NCBI GenBank assembly: GCA_964570325.1
Contig: CAZMXS010000011.1
Span: 23,287 to 87,286 of the forward strand
Length of the DNA: 64,000 nucleotides
Direction: 5' to 3'
Source: an uncultured Verrucomicrobiota bacterium
Lineage (GTDB): Bacteria > Verrucomicrobiota > Kiritimatiellia > CAIQIC01 > CAZMXS01
Part shown: in pieces, positions 30,968 to 41,337 of the stretch
Layout of the letters: each line of letters opens with the position of its first letter
Position numbering within the stretch: position 1 is the first letter of the stretch
Translations under genes and position numbers: made by a program
Notes under the pieces: generated by a model
Database searches by the model: none
Told to the model about the DNA's origin: nothing
Seen by the model: the letters and a program-made list of their open reading frames with translations, nothing else

Positions 30968-33262
30968 TTACGGATGCACCAAAGCGCGGGCGGTGCGCAG
31001 CAGTTCGGGCATGGCGACCGGCTTTTTGAGCAGCGCATCGGCCTCGCATGCTCCGGCGCCCGCTGCGGGCAGATCTGTGGTCAGGCCGCTGATGACGACG
31101 ATGGGCACCCGCGGCGCGATGCGCCGCAGCAACGGGATCGTGTCCCGGCCGCCCATCCGCGGCATGAGCAGATCCATGATGACCAGGCGGATGCGCGCCT
31201 GGTTCTGCTTGAACACCTGGACCGCTTCGACTCCATCCACCGCCGTCAGCACCTGGTAGTTGTGCCGCACCAGGATCTGGGCGAGCGTATGCCGCACCGA
31301 GTCCTCGTCATCCACGATCAGGACCGTCTCGCCGTCGCCTCGCGGCAGTTGCTCTGCATCGGCAGCCGGACCGGTTTCTCCCGCGCGCGCCGGCAGGTAG
31401 ATGCGGAACTGGGTGCCGATCCCGACCTGGCTGTTGACCTGGATAATGCCGTTGTGCTGGCGGATGATGCCGATGACGGTGGAGAGGCCTAGGCCGGTTC
31501 CCTTGCCGGGGGCCTTGGTGGTGAAGAAGGGATCGAAGATACGCTCGATGACGTCCGGTGGGATGCCCGCGCCGGTGGCGGCCACCAGCAACACGATATG
31601 GGACCCCGGTTTCAGACCCGGCGCGCGTGCGGCGGCTTCCGCATCCAATGTGAGATTTTCAGCGACCAGCGTCAGTTGCCCGCCACTGGGCATCGCATCG
31701 CGCGCATTGAGGCAAAGGTTCATCAACACCTGGTGCAACTGGGTGGCATCGCCCTCCACGGTCCACAGGTCGTCGGGGATGCTGGCCTCGATCGTAATCT
31801 CGCGCGGGAAGGTGCCGGCCAGCAATTGGACGACTTCCTTGACCAGCGGCGCCAGACAGACCGGTCCCTTGGCGCCGGGCACGCCGCGGGCAAAAGTCAG
31901 AATTTGTTTGATGATGTCCGCGGCGCGGTTGATGCCGGACTCAGCCGAGTCGAGCAGATTGCGTAACTCGGCGCTCTGGACTTCTTCGCGCAGGGCCGGC
32001 AGCAGCATCATGATCGGGGCGAGGATATTATTCAGGTCGTGCGCGATGCCGCTCGCCATGGTGCCGACGCTTTCCATCCGCTGGGCGCGCAGATATTGGT
32101 TTTCAAGGTGCTTTTGCTCGGTGATGTCGGTGTTGATGATCAGGATAGATTCCGGTTGCCCGTGGGGATCCCGCACCAGCGTCCAACGGCTGGCGACCAG
32201 CAATTCCTTGCCGGTGCGCGTCACATGGCGCATCTCGCCGCTCCACTCGCCGAACTCCAGCAGGTGCCGGCGGGCGGCCGCGAGCGGGCCGGCGTCGCGA
32301 TAGAGCAGTTCGGCGGCCGGGCGGCCGAGCGCCTCCGCCGCGGTCCAGCCGTAAATGCGCTCGGCGCTCTTATTCCAGAAGAGCACGCGGTCCTGCAGGT
32401 CGCGGACAATGATCGCATCGTGCGCGAGGTCCAGCAGTCGGGCCTGGGAGCGGATGCGCTCCGCCGCCCGGCGCTGCTCGGTGGTGTCGCGGATGATATG
32501 AACGGCCGCAGTCAGGGCGCCGTCCGGGGCGAAGAGCGGGTCGGTGGACACTTCCAGCCAACGGTCCGCGATCCGCAATTCCGACACCTCGCGCTGGCGC
32601 GTGGAAAGCATGCGGATGAAGGGACATTCGGTAATGAATGTGCCTCGGCCATGCACCAGCTCATGACATTTGCGTCCAATAATGTGTTCGCGCGGCTGTT
32701 CGATGAACCGGCACATGGCCTCATTGCACTGCAGAATCGTACCGTGGTGATCAAGCAGGCTGATGCCGTCGCCGATGGCGTTGAAGGTCCGGTCCCAGTG
32801 CGCGGCGGCTTCCCGCAAGCGCTGCTCGCCGCGCGCGCGGTCGGAGAGGTCACGGGCGGCGTACAGGATGGCCGGCTGTCCTTCCAGGTTGAGGACGCGG
32901 CAGTTGACCTCCACTGGAATTCGAGACCCATCGCGACGGCGGTGTTCCGCTTCGAAAACCAGTCGCCCGGACCGCCGCAGCCGGTCCAACCGGGCGGCAC
33001 CCGGATCGCCCTCGGCGCCATCAATGTCCAGGACGCGCAGTTGCAGCAGTTCCCAGCGTTCGTACTGCAGGCTCTCGCAGGCGGCCGGGTTGGCCTCAAG
33101 AATTCGACCGTCGAGGTCGAGAATCAGAATCGCGTCGTCGGTGCTGTCGAACAACAGCCGATGCAGGCTTTCCGGCAGACGCGGAGCGGGAACCGGCGCG
33201 CGCGGGCTGACGGAAGTTTGGCCGCTCACGGTGGTCCTGATATTCGCCATGTGGTTATCCAA
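30968..33262 (-). CDS. hybrid sensor histidine kinase (multi-PAS, HisKA, HATPase, C-terminal receiver)
   Basis: 764 aa. PAS repeats, H-box region [13 protein letters not shown], HATPase, and receiver [16 protein letters not shown]...[10 protein letters not shown]. The annotated start is TTG. The first ATG (MANIR) is 12 nt downstream. Confidence 0.85.
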   Translation of the reverse strand: MDNHMANIRTTVSGQTSVSPRAPVPAPRLPESLHRLLFDSTDDAILILDLDGRILEANPAACESLQYERWELLQLRVLDIDGAEGDPGAARLDRLRRSGRLVFEAEHRRRDGSRIPVEVNCRVLNLEGQPAILYAARDLSDRARGEQRLREAAAHWDRTFNAIGDGISLLDHHGTILQCNEAMCRFIEQPREHIIGRKCHELVHGRGTFITECPFIRMLSTRQREVSELRIADRWLEVSTDPLFAPDGALTAAVHIIRDTTEQRRAAERIRSQARLLDLAHDAIIVRDLQDRVLFWNKSAERIYGWTAAEALGRPAAELLYRDAGPLAAARRHLLEFGEWSGEMRHVTRTGKELLVASRWTLVRDPHGQPESILIINTDITEQKHLENQYLRAQRMESVGTMASGIAHDLNNILAPIMMLLPALREEVQSAELRNLLDSAESGINRAADIIKQILTFARGVPGAKGPVCLAPLVKEVVQLLAGTFPREITIEASIPDDLWTVEGDATQLHQVLMNLCLNARDAMPSGGQLTLVAENLTLDAEAAARAPGLKPGSHIVLLVAATGAGIPPDVIERIFDPFFTTKAPGKGTGLGLSTVIGIIRQHNGIIQVNSQVGIGTQFRIYLPARAGETGPAADAEQLPRGDGETVLIVDDEDSVRHTLAQILVRHNYQVLTAVDGVEAVQVFKQNQARIRLVIMDLLMPRMGGRDTIPLLRRIAPRVPIVVISGLTTDLPAAGAGACEADALLKKPVAMPELLRTARALVHP

Positions 33263-33462
33263 CCCGGATTCATAGTAAGGGGCAGCCGGTTAATTGTTAA
33301 GTCAAGAGTGACGGCATTCGATCCGGTGAGTGACTTATCAGGTTCAATGGAGCGCGGGTATCCTGACCCCGCTTCCCACAACTACAGACTCACCCTTATT
33401 TCTCACGGGCGCGTTGCCCGTGTCCCCACTGAAGCGTCCCCTGGGGACGCGGTGAGTGTTTT

Positions 33463-33864
33463 TCAAACCAGGTCGGCCAGTTTCAATTGCTCGAGCCGAC
33501 GGGCGGTAAAATCCCGAATCTCTTTGAGCACCCGGAGCAGTTTTTGCTCCTTTTCAAGCGGTGTGTGCAGGAAGAAGTAGGTGCTGACGGAGGGGGTGGC
33601 CGCCAGCGGGCCGTCCAGCAGGCGGATGATCCGGGCTATGCTAATTACGTGGGCCGGTCGGGCAAGCGCGTAACCACCGCCGACGCCGCGTCGGGTTTTA
33701 AGCAGATGCGCCCGCTGGAGTGTGATGAACAATTGTTGGAGGTACTTGCGGGGAATATCGCAGCGCGCGGAAATTTCATTAAGCCGGATGAATCCGCGGT
33801 CGGCCTGACGCGCCAGATAGATCAGCGCCAGCAGGGAATACTCGCTTTTAGTGGTCAGTCTCAT
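33463..33864 (-). CDS. Rrf2 family transcriptional regulator (no Cys cluster ligands; CymR-like)
   Basis: ATG at 33864 (MRLTTKSEYSLLALIYLA...). Rrf2 wHTH; GGGYALARPA. Confidence 0.75.
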   Translation of the reverse strand: MRLTTKSEYSLLALIYLARQADRGFIRLNEISARCDIPRKYLQQLFITLQRAHLLKTRRGVGGGYALARPAHVISIARIIRLLDGPLAATPSVSTYFFLHTPLEKEQKLLRVLKEIRDFTARRLEQLKLADLV

Positions 33865-34013
33865 GCGCGCGAGTGACAATTAGAGCGTGCGCCGCCACCT
33901 GTCAAACGGTGAATTGGGCCCTCGAGCCGTACCTGCGAGCGTAAGCGAATGGACTGCCACTCGCTCACGCTCGTGGGTACAAGGGGGCGGACGGCTTGGC
34001 GGTCGTTCCCACC

Positions 34014-34772
34014 TTATGGCAATGGCGCGGGTGCGGTCACTGTGATGGCCCCCGCATTCTTGGGCACGATTTCCAGTTGGCCCTTGTAATCCTCGATCCG
34101 GCCGGCGACTGTGATTGTCGCGCCGGCCGCCAGGCTGGCGCGGTCGGCTGGCGGTACCTGCCGGTCCCAGAGTACCAGCAGGATCGAGCCGGTTTCATCC
34201 GTGAGCGGGAATTTGACTCCGCCCTTGATATTTTCCGGTTGGCCAAGTTTTCCGGTGACGGTGCAAGTCTGCCGCGCCATGGCCGCTGTGACGGCGTTGA
34301 TTTTCAAAGGTTTTGCGGCGGGCGTCGTCGGCATTACGCCGGCCGGTGCCGCGGCGGCGCCGCCGCCCTCCAGGACGCGGAAGCGGCTGGAATTATTAAC
34401 TTTGATCTGAATCTGGTCCTTGTAAACATCCACCGTACCCTCAACTTCGACCAGCGCGCCAACCGTCGGTTTTACCGTCAGATTTTCCGCAACGGCCGCC
34501 CAGTACACCACCGTGACCTTGCTGCCGCCGTCTTCCAGCACGGCATTGTAGGGCGCTTTGGAGCCCGGGCGCGGCTCATTGATCGCGGCGACCCGGCCGG
34601 TCAATTTTACTGGCTGTCCCGCCATGGCGGCGGTGACCTCAGCGACTTTGAGCGTCTGGGCTTCGACCCCGCGATTGGCGGGTGGCCAGGCGGCAGCCGG
34701 TTGGGCCAAAACCACAGCAAACAAGATAACGGCGCAACAGCCTGCAATCCGGGAGAGCGGCAGAGGATGCAT
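34014..34772 (-). CDS. secreted protein with two OB-fold (BOF/YgiW-like) domains
   Basis: Signal peptide MHPLPLSRIAGCCAVILFAVVLAQPAAA. Two ~90-aa repeats, each ending ...DYKGQLEI/VDVYKDQIQI, typical of OB-fold BOF proteins. The opposite-strand ORF 33996..34790 is rejected. Confidence 0.5.
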   Translation of the reverse strand: MHPLPLSRIAGCCAVILFAVVLAQPAAAWPPANRGVEAQTLKVAEVTAAMAGQPVKLTGRVAAINEPRPGSKAPYNAVLEDGGSKVTVVYWAAVAENLTVKPTVGALVEVEGTVDVYKDQIQIKVNNSSRFRVLEGGGAAAAPAGVMPTTPAAKPLKINAVTAAMARQTCTVTGKLGQPENIKGGVKFPLTDETGSILLVLWDRQVPPADRASLAAGATITVAGRIEDYKGQLEIVPKNAGAITVTAPAPLP

Positions 34773-34925
34773 GACGTTTCCTTTCTTTGATAGATATTCG
34801 CAGTTTGGTTCAACTGCCTGATAAAATACTCCGGGGGCGGGGTGTTGTGAACCTGAAATTATTGGCGCGGTCGTCTAATAAGGATATGCTGCCGGCAGGC
34901 AATCAACGGTTGAGGAAGGCTGGTC

Positions 34926-35414
34926 GTGAAACAGAAACTGAAAATCGGCGTGCTGGGGCCACACCAATGCGGAGCGACTGAACGCGAGTTGGGGATAGCC
35001 GTCGGAATGAGGATCGCGGCGGCCGGCGCGATCCTGGTTTGCGGCGGGTTGGACGGCATGATGGCGGCCGCCGCCGAAGGCGCCCGGCGGCGCCGGGGGC
35101 TGACCATCGGTATCCTGCCCGGCGCCGATCCGACGCAAGCCAACGAGTTTATCGAGGTGGCCATTCCGACTGGTCTCGGCGCTTTCCGCAATGCAATCAT
35201 TGCCCAGGCCTGCGATGCCGTGATTGCCATTCACGGCGGTTACGGAACGTTGTCGGAGATTGCCTTTGCGTTGCGGCTGAGAACGCCGGTGGTTGGGCTC
35301 CAGACCTGGACCCTCCAACAAGACGGCCAGCCGGATGAGGGCATTCACGTAGCCGCGACGCCCGAGGAGGCGGTGGCGCTTGCCGTGAAATTGGCCCGGG
35401 CGCGACGCGGATAG
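34926..35414 (+). CDS. TIGR00725-family Rossmann-fold protein (LOG/SLOG-like)
   Basis: IGVLGPHQCG...ILVCGGLDGMMAAAAEGARRRRGLTIGILP...AVIAIHGGYGTLSE is a lysine-decarboxylase-like/LOG signature. Confidence 0.6.
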   Translation: MKQKLKIGVLGPHQCGATERELGIAVGMRIAAAGAILVCGGLDGMMAAAAEGARRRRGLTIGILPGADPTQANEFIEVAIPTGLGAFRNAIIAQACDAVIAIHGGYGTLSEIAFALRLRTPVVGLQTWTLQQDGQPDEGIHVAATPEEAVALAVKLARARRG

Positions 35415-35496
35415 CGCTTGATTGCGCATTCGTGTTTAATGCAGGACAAAATTGGCGCCGGCACACGTTCGAGAACTGCCGTTGGGCTGGCCGGAT

Positions 35497-36561
35497 TCAG
35501 TTTCTGGCAAGCAGATAAATGACTGGATAGCAGCCGCGCCAGGCGACCGGGCCGGGCAACTGGAGGATATCTTTGCCCTCCCGCAGTTTCACCACGGCCG
35601 CGATTTTGGGGATGTACATCTGCGTTTCGAGCGAGAGGTTGTGCTCGATGGCTTCAAAGGTTTTGACTTCGGATTGCTTCAGCAATCTGCTCACGCGCCC
35701 TTCGCCGGCGTTATAGGCGGCGAAGGCCAGCGGCCAGGACTTGAACTGACGGTGCAAGATTTTAAGATAGCGGGCGGCGGCCCGCGCGCTTTTCTCCGGC
35801 GCCAGCCGCTCATCTTCCGGCTTTAATTGCAGGCCGAACCGCGTGGCGGTGGCGGGCATGAATTGGAACAGCCCCGCGGCGCCTGCCGGGCTGAGCGCCT
35901 GTGGATTCATGGTGGACTCCACCTCGGCAATCCAAACCAACTCGCGCGGCACCCCCTCGGCGTCGAAGACTGTTTTCAGTCGCGGCACCAGGTCGCGGGC
36001 CTGGACGGGGACCGGGCGGCGGGCCAGTTTCTTTTCCCAATTCTGACGGCTTTGAATGCTTTCGAGGCGCCGCTTGACCACGGTTGGTGGCGCGGCCGAT
36101 GGCTTCACCTGGGGGTGGGTGGTTAAGACCGTTTGCTTTTTACCGGGAGCCGGCGGCGGCGGCGCGGCCGGCGGCGGCGCGCGCGGCACGGGGATGCCAC
36201 GGGTCACGGCGCCCGCCATGTCGAAGTAGTCCGCGCGTTGCTGCAGCCAATCGGTGTAGGGTTCAGCCTGCGGTGTCATGCGCAGCCATTCCAGCGCCGC
36301 ATCCACTGCCGGCTGCAACCATGCCAGGTCATCCAAGTCGGTCGAATTCAAGCCGGCTTGCACCTCATCCCAGAAGGATTGCCATTCAGCCGGCGTCGGC
36401 GCCCGAAAGAGATCTTGCCAATTCGCGTTTTGCAGCCAGTCCGCGCCAGTGGCAATCAGTTCGTCCGGCGTCATCCATTCGTATTCGTCCGCGGCCTGGC
36501 CGGGCGCCGCGCCGCAGGCGGCGCCTAACAGGAGGCCGACGATGATGAACTGGCGCAGCAT
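35497..36561 (-). CDS. lytic transglycosylase (SLT domain) with signal peptide
   Basis: Catalytic motif EVESTMNPQALSPAGAAGLFQFMP and AYNAGEGRV. Pro-rich linker. Confidence 0.8.
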   Translation of the reverse strand: MLRQFIIVGLLLGAACGAAPGQAADEYEWMTPDELIATGADWLQNANWQDLFRAPTPAEWQSFWDEVQAGLNSTDLDDLAWLQPAVDAALEWLRMTPQAEPYTDWLQQRADYFDMAGAVTRGIPVPRAPPPAAPPPPAPGKKQTVLTTHPQVKPSAAPPTVVKRRLESIQSRQNWEKKLARRPVPVQARDLVPRLKTVFDAEGVPRELVWIAEVESTMNPQALSPAGAAGLFQFMPATATRFGLQLKPEDERLAPEKSARAAARYLKILHRQFKSWPLAFAAYNAGEGRVSRLLKQSEVKTFEAIEHNLSLETQMYIPKIAAVVKLREGKDILQLPGPVAWRGCYPVIYLLARN

Positions 36562-36564
36562 AGA

Positions 36565-37005
36565 TTACCAAGTAATGCGGTAGCGCGGGTCCAAAGTAAA
36601 GGCGTTTTCGATATGGCGCACCAGCGGCGCGGGTTCATCCGCAGCGCCCACGACTTCGATCACGTCGAAACGGAAGTAGTCCGGCTTGTGCCGGAGCCGG
36701 CCCAGGTAGCGGATGGCCGCGCGGGAGAGCGCGCGCTGCTTGGCGTGGCCGACGGCGGCGATCGGCCGCCCGAAATCCTCGTTGTGGCGCGTCTTGACCT
36801 CCACGAACACCAGCACCGGCCCGCGTGCGGCGATGATGTCAATCTCATCCCGGCGCCCGACGCGCACCCGGCGCCCGACGATTCGGTATCCGGTTCGTCG
36901 CAGCAGCCGGGCCGCCCGTTGTTCGCCCCACAGACCCGCCGCCAGGTGGCGAGTGGTCGGCCGGCGGCGCCGCAGCAGGCCGCCGAGGAAGGCCAAAAGT
37001 TTCAC
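36565..37005 (-). CDS. yraN: YraN family endonuclease (UPF0102)
   Basis: GTG start overlapping the rnhB stop. Motif [10 protein letters not shown]. Confidence 0.8.
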   Translation of the reverse strand: MKLLAFLGGLLRRRRPTTRHLAAGLWGEQRAARLLRRTGYRIVGRRVRVGRRDEIDIIAARGPVLVFVEVKTRHNEDFGRPIAAVGHAKQRALSRAAIRYLGRLRHKPDYFRFDVIEVVGAADEPAPLVRHIENAFTLDPRYRITW

Positions 37006-37631
37006 AGCGGCAGCTCCAATTGCCGGACGGGCGCAAACGACTTGCGGTGACAGGGGCAGGGGCCGTGTCGGCGCAAGGCGTCCAGATGCGCGCGGGTTCC
37101 ATAGCCCTTATGGCGCGCAAACCCGTAGTGCGGATATTGCCGGTCCAGTTCGGCCATGATCCGATCCCGCGTGACCTTGGCGATGATGCTGGCGGCGGCG
37201 ATGGAAAGGCTTTGAGCGTCGCCGGCGACGATGGCCTGGGCGGGGCAGGGGAGTCCGGGAACCGGCAGGCCGTCCACCAGCGCCAGGTCCGGCAAGCGGG
37301 GCAGCGCGCGAAGCGCGCGCACCATTGCCTGGTGGGTGGCGCGCAGGATATTCAGATCATCAATCTCCGCCACGGAGCAGATGCCGACGGCGTAATCCAC
37401 CTCGGGCTGCGCGGTCAGCAGTGCAAAAAAACGCTCCCGGGTTGCGGCCGAAAGCTGCTTGGAATCGTTCAAACCGGCCAGCCGGCCGTGCACTTCTTGT
37501 TGCAGAAAGTCCGGATCAAATACCAGCGCGGCCGCCACGACCGGACCCGCCAGCGGGCCGCGCCCGGCCTCGTCCACACCCGCCAGGCGGCGTCGCCCGG
37601 CGGCCCAGGCCTGACGCTCGAAGCGGAGCAA
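37002..37631 (-). CDS. rnhB: ribonuclease HII
   Basis: [16 protein letters not shown] catalytic motif. TTG start per the ORF track. Confidence 0.9.
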   Translation of the reverse strand: MLRFERQAWAAGRRRLAGVDEAGRGPLAGPVVAAALVFDPDFLQQEVHGRLAGLNDSKQLSAATRERFFALLTAQPEVDYAVGICSVAEIDDLNILRATHQAMVRALRALPRLPDLALVDGLPVPGLPCPAQAIVAGDAQSLSIAAASIIAKVTRDRIMAELDRQYPHYGFARHKGYGTRAHLDALRRHGPCPCHRKSFAPVRQLELPL

Positions 37632-37641
37632 AGGGAAGGCC

Positions 37642-38031
37642 TTACTTCGAGGCCGGCGCCGCCGCAGCCGGCGCGCGCTCTTCTTCGCGCTCCTCGATGC
37701 GGCCCTGCTTGCCGGTGAGTTTGCGGATATAATACAGCTTGGAGCGGCGGGTGCGGCCGGTCCGCTCGACCTCGATCTTGGCTACGGCCGGGGCATGCAG
37801 CGGAAATACGCGTTCGACGCCCTCGCCGTAGGAAATACGCCGGACCGTGAAGGTCTCCGTGGCGCCGATGCCGTCACGGGCGATGACCGTGCCGGAATAG
37901 GCCTGCACGCGCTCCTTGTCGCCTTCCTTGATTTTCACATGAACTTTGACGGTATCGCCGACGTGGAAGTCGGGGATTGCATCCTTGCGCGACTCTTCCT
38001 GGCTGATCTTTTCCAAAATCTTGTTTCTCAT
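37642..38031 (-). CDS. rplS: 50S ribosomal protein L19
   Basis: ATG at 38031 (MRNKILEKI...). bL19 family with a C-terminal Ala/Glu-rich tail. Confidence 0.9.
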   Translation of the reverse strand: MRNKILEKISQEESRKDAIPDFHVGDTVKVHVKIKEGDKERVQAYSGTVIARDGIGATETFTVRRISYGEGVERVFPLHAPAVAKIEVERTGRTRRSKLYYIRKLTGKQGRIEEREEERAPAAAAPASK

Positions 38032-38262
38032 GAATGCACCTTTTTCTGCCTCGAGATGGGCCGTCATCATATTGATCCGCGTTCAGGCGTCAAGGCCTGA
38101 TTTCCCGTGATTTTTCACGGGCATGCGTTTTCCTCGCGTGTTGGGGCTCGCAGATGGGGCCGCGTCATGCACCCGGCCCATTGCTTTTGGGCGCCGCGGA
38201 TTGAACTGGCGGTTTGAAATACGTTTCCGAGCGGTCGGCTCAATCTGAACGCTGACAACGTC

Positions 38263-39015
38263 TCACTTCGGCCCCGGATTGGTGTCGGGTGGGCTGCCGA
38301 GCAAATCCGGCCGGCGTTCGCGGGTGCGGCGCAAGGATTCCTGGTCCTTCCAGCGGGCGATTTCCGGGTGGTTGCCGGAGATCAGGATGTCCGGCACTTT
38401 CATACCCCGGAAGTCCGCCGGTCGAGTGTATTGCGGATGCTCCAAGCGCGGCTGGGTGAACGATTCCTGCTCGGTCGCGCCCGGTCCCCCCAGCACGCCG
38501 GGGCGCAGGCGTACGACGGCATCAATCACGACCGCCGCCGGCAGCACGCCGTTGGTCAGGATATAATCGCCGATTGAAATCTCATCCGTCACCAACGCCT
38601 GGCGCACCCGCTCATCCACGCCTTCATAATGACCGCAGATGAACACCAGGTGTTCGGCCTGGGTCAGTTCGCGCGCCATGGACTGGTCAAAACGGCGGCC
38701 CTGGGGGGTCATGAGAATGATTCGGGCGTTGGCCGTGCGCGTGGATTCGACGGCCTTGAAGATTGGCTCGGGCTTCATAATCATGCCCGGCCCGCCGCCG
38801 AATGGCCGATCGTCGGTGGTTTGGTGAATATCCGAGGTGAAATCCCGCAGGTTGATGACCTGAAACACCACCGCGCCGGATTGGGCGGCGCGTTTGAGCA
38901 TGCTCTCGCCGAGAAACCCGTCGAGCATGCGCGGGAAGATCGTGATGACGGAGATACGCAGCGGCCCCGCAGGCGCGGCGGCTGCCGTATGATCGGATGG
39001 GGATCCCGTGTTCAT
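38263..39015 (-). CDS. trmD: tRNA (guanine37-N1)-methyltransferase
   Basis: SPOUT TrmD motifs (ILICGHYEGVDERV, SIGDYILTNG). Confidence 0.9.
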   Translation of the reverse strand: MNTGSPSDHTAAAAPAGPLRISVITIFPRMLDGFLGESMLKRAAQSGAVVFQVINLRDFTSDIHQTTDDRPFGGGPGMIMKPEPIFKAVESTRTANARIILMTPQGRRFDQSMARELTQAEHLVFICGHYEGVDERVRQALVTDEISIGDYILTNGVLPAAVVIDAVVRLRPGVLGGPGATEQESFTQPRLEHPQYTRPADFRGMKVPDILISGNHPEIARWKDQESLRRTRERRPDLLGSPPDTNPGPK

Positions 39016-39061
39016 TCCGCGCCCCCGGCCGGGCGGTCTGCGCCGCGACGACGGCCGCGCG

Positions 39062-39292
39062 TTATTCGACTACTTCCAGCATGGCGCGCTTGTTCTGGCG
39101 CGCGGCGGCCGTGCTGAGGAGCGTCCGGATGGCGCCAACGGTCTTGCCGTTCTTGCCAATGACCTTGCCGACATCCTCCGTGTGGCAGCGCAACTCGAAA
39201 ATAACCGTGCGTTCCCCGTCTACTTCGGTGATGTGGATATCCCCAGGATGATCCACCAGCGACTTGACAATGAATTCCACCAGTTCCTTCAC
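39062..39292 (-). CDS. KH-domain RNA-binding protein (UPF0109/YlqC family)
   Basis: 76 aa. GTG start with a GGGAGG SD. KH GxxG motif VIGKNGKTVGAIR. Confidence 0.75.
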   Translation of the reverse strand: MKELVEFIVKSLVDHPGDIHITEVDGERTVIFELRCHTEDVGKVIGKNGKTVGAIRTLLSTAAARQNKRAMLEVVE

Positions 39293-39307
39293 CGGAACGC
39301 CTCCCAG

Positions 39308-39622
39308 TTAAGCCTGTGGCGCGGGGGCGGGCGCAGTCTCGGCTGCCGCCGGTGTCGGCGGCGCAGCCACCACGGCCGGACCCATTTTCTGCCGCCGCTT
39401 GAGCAAATCCTTGGCGGTGGGCGAAATCTGCGCGCCTTTGCTCAACCAATACTCCACCCGGTCCACTTTCAGCTCGAAATCGTCTTTCTTCTTCTTGGGG
39501 TCATACCAACCCAAGTGCTCCAGGAACCGGCCCGCGTTCGAGCGGCGCATGTCCGTCGCGACGATTCGGAAAAAGGGCTTCTTGTTGCTTCCCATTCGAC
39601 GAAGCCTGATCTTGACTGCCAT
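39308..39622 (-). CDS. rpsP: 30S ribosomal protein S16
   Basis: ATG at 39622 with an AGGAG SD. MAVKIRLRRMGSNKKPFFRIV. Confidence 0.9.
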   Translation of the reverse strand: MAVKIRLRRMGSNKKPFFRIVATDMRRSNAGRFLEHLGWYDPKKKKDDFELKVDRVEYWLSKGAQISPTAKDLLKRRQKMGPAVVAAPPTPAAAETAPAPAPQA

Positions 39623-39703
39623 AATCTCCTCCAACAACCTTTCTTGCGAATTCCCGGCCTTGTTCTTCCCCTTCGTGCCGGGAACGAAAGATGCGTAGAT
39701 ACC

Positions 39704-41035
39704 TTACTTGCCAAACCTTAGCAACCTTTTTTGAGCTTTTTTCATCTGCTGCGCCATTTTCTTGGCGCGGCCGAAATTGTTGAGCAGTTCATTGACGTCC
39801 CGGACCTGCGTCCCGCTCCCGCGCGCGATGCGCCGGCGCCGGCTGGCGTCAAGGATCTCCGGATGTTGCCGCTCGCGCAGGGTCATGCTCCGGATGATGG
39901 CCTCGGCCTTTTTCCACTCCTTGCCGGATATGTCGGCCATGCGGGCCTTGTCGGCTTCCGAGATGCGGCCCGCCGCGCCGGGGATCATTTCCAGCAGATT
40001 TTCCACCGGCCCCAGTTTTTTCATTTGCTGGAGCTGGGCGAGGAAGTCCTCCAGGTCGAACGTGTTCTTTCGCAGGCTCTCCTCGACCCGCGCCAGTTCG
40101 TCGGCGTCAATGGCCGCTTGAGCCTTCTCGACCAGGCTGACGACGTCGCCCATGCCGAGAATACGCGCGGCCATCCGGTCGGGATAGAAAGGCTCCAGAT
40201 CCTCCGGCCGCTCGCCGACGCCCACCCGCAGGATCGGGCAGCCGGTGACGGATTGCACTGAAAGCGCCGCGCCGCCGCGGGCGTCGCCGTCCAGCTTGGT
40301 CAGGATCAGGCCGGTCAGCCCGACCTCCCGGTGGAACGTCTCGGCGACGTGGACGGATTCCTGCCCGATCGCCGCATCCAGCACCAGGACGACATTTTTC
40401 GGCTGCGTGGCTGCGTGGAGTTCCTTGAGCTCGGCCACCAGCTCGGCGTCAATCTGGAAGCGCCCCCCGGTGTCGAAGATCAGGATATCGGCATGTTCGG
40501 CCTGTGCCTGTTCCAGCGCGCGTCGGCCCAGTTGCGGAACGCTTTCGCCGGGCCGCGGGGTGACGATGCCGACGCCGGCCTGCCGGGCGAGGATGGCCAG
40601 TTGATCCACTGCGGCGGGGCGCCGGATATCGCAGGCGGCCAGCAGCACCTGGCGATTTTCCTTTTTCCAAAGGCGGGCCAGTTTGCCGGCGGTCGTGGTT
40701 TTGCCTGAGCCGTGCAAACCGAGCAGCATCAGGCCGGCGGGTTTCTCGGACAGGTCGAAATCCCGGCGCTCGCCGCCGAGCAACGCGACCAGTTCGTCGC
40801 TGACGAACTTGATCATCTGCTGGCCGGGCGTAATGCTTTCAAGCACTTCGCGGCCGAGGCACTTGGCCTTGACGCGGGCAATGAAGTCCTTGGCCACCTG
40901 GTAGTGCACATCCGCTTCGAGCAACGCCGTGCGTACTTCGCGCAGGGCCTCCTGGATGTTGGCCTCAGTGAGCTTGCCGTAACCTCGCAGGTTGCGGAAG
41001 ACTTTCTGCAACGAACTCGTCAGCTTGTCGAACAT
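39704..41035 (-). CDS. ffh: signal recognition particle protein Ffh
   Basis: NG domain GTPase motifs (GLHGSGKTTT, DTGGR) and the M domain. Confidence 0.95.
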   Translation of the reverse strand: MFDKLTSSLQKVFRNLRGYGKLTEANIQEALREVRTALLEADVHYQVAKDFIARVKAKCLGREVLESITPGQQMIKFVSDELVALLGGERRDFDLSEKPAGLMLLGLHGSGKTTTAGKLARLWKKENRQVLLAACDIRRPAAVDQLAILARQAGVGIVTPRPGESVPQLGRRALEQAQAEHADILIFDTGGRFQIDAELVAELKELHAATQPKNVVLVLDAAIGQESVHVAETFHREVGLTGLILTKLDGDARGGAALSVQSVTGCPILRVGVGERPEDLEPFYPDRMAARILGMGDVVSLVEKAQAAIDADELARVEESLRKNTFDLEDFLAQLQQMKKLGPVENLLEMIPGAAGRISEADKARMADISGKEWKKAEAIIRSMTLRERQHPEILDASRRRRIARGSGTQVRDVNELLNNFGRAKKMAQQMKKAQKRLLRFGK

Positions 41036-41127
41036 GGATGGCGGCCGGTTATTCAGTTATGAGCGAGCAGTAATCGGTGGTCAAGTGATTCGTAAAGCGT
41101 TATCAATAACGGGTGGCCGGCCGTAAG

Positions 41128-41149
41128 GCAACTCCGTTGCGTTTTTTTT
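41128..41149 (+). terminator. orphan plus-strand hairpin plus T8 upstream of ffh (candidate terminator of a cis-antisense sRNA)
   Basis: GCAACTCCGTTGC followed by GTTTTTTTT at 41128..41149. There is no plus-strand CDS upstream. It lies opposite the ffh 5' region. Confidence 0.35.
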
Positions 41150-41337
41150 CGGACGATCAACAACGCCGGTCCGGCTGGGTTGGCGCGCTGCTATCCTGTC
41201 CGTTTCAACCGTCCGCCGCGGCGAACAGGGATTCCGGAAGACAAAGGCCGCTTTCGATATCCAGCAGGGTTGACATCGCGGCAATCCGGCGGTTGGGGCT
41301 GATTACCGAATACGGGTTATGGGTTGCTGATCCCCGC

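Noticed and set aside
33996-34790. 264-aa plus-strand ORF
   Set aside because: It overlaps the minus-strand OB-fold protein gene, which has a clear signal peptide and domain repeats. The plus frame has no features.
41036-41337. SRP RNA (4.5S/ffs) upstream of ffh, because of a CCGGAAGACAAAGG-like string
   Set aside because: It does not match the conserved domain-IV GGUCCGGAAGGAAGCAGCC core, and no helix-8-like symmetric loops are evident.
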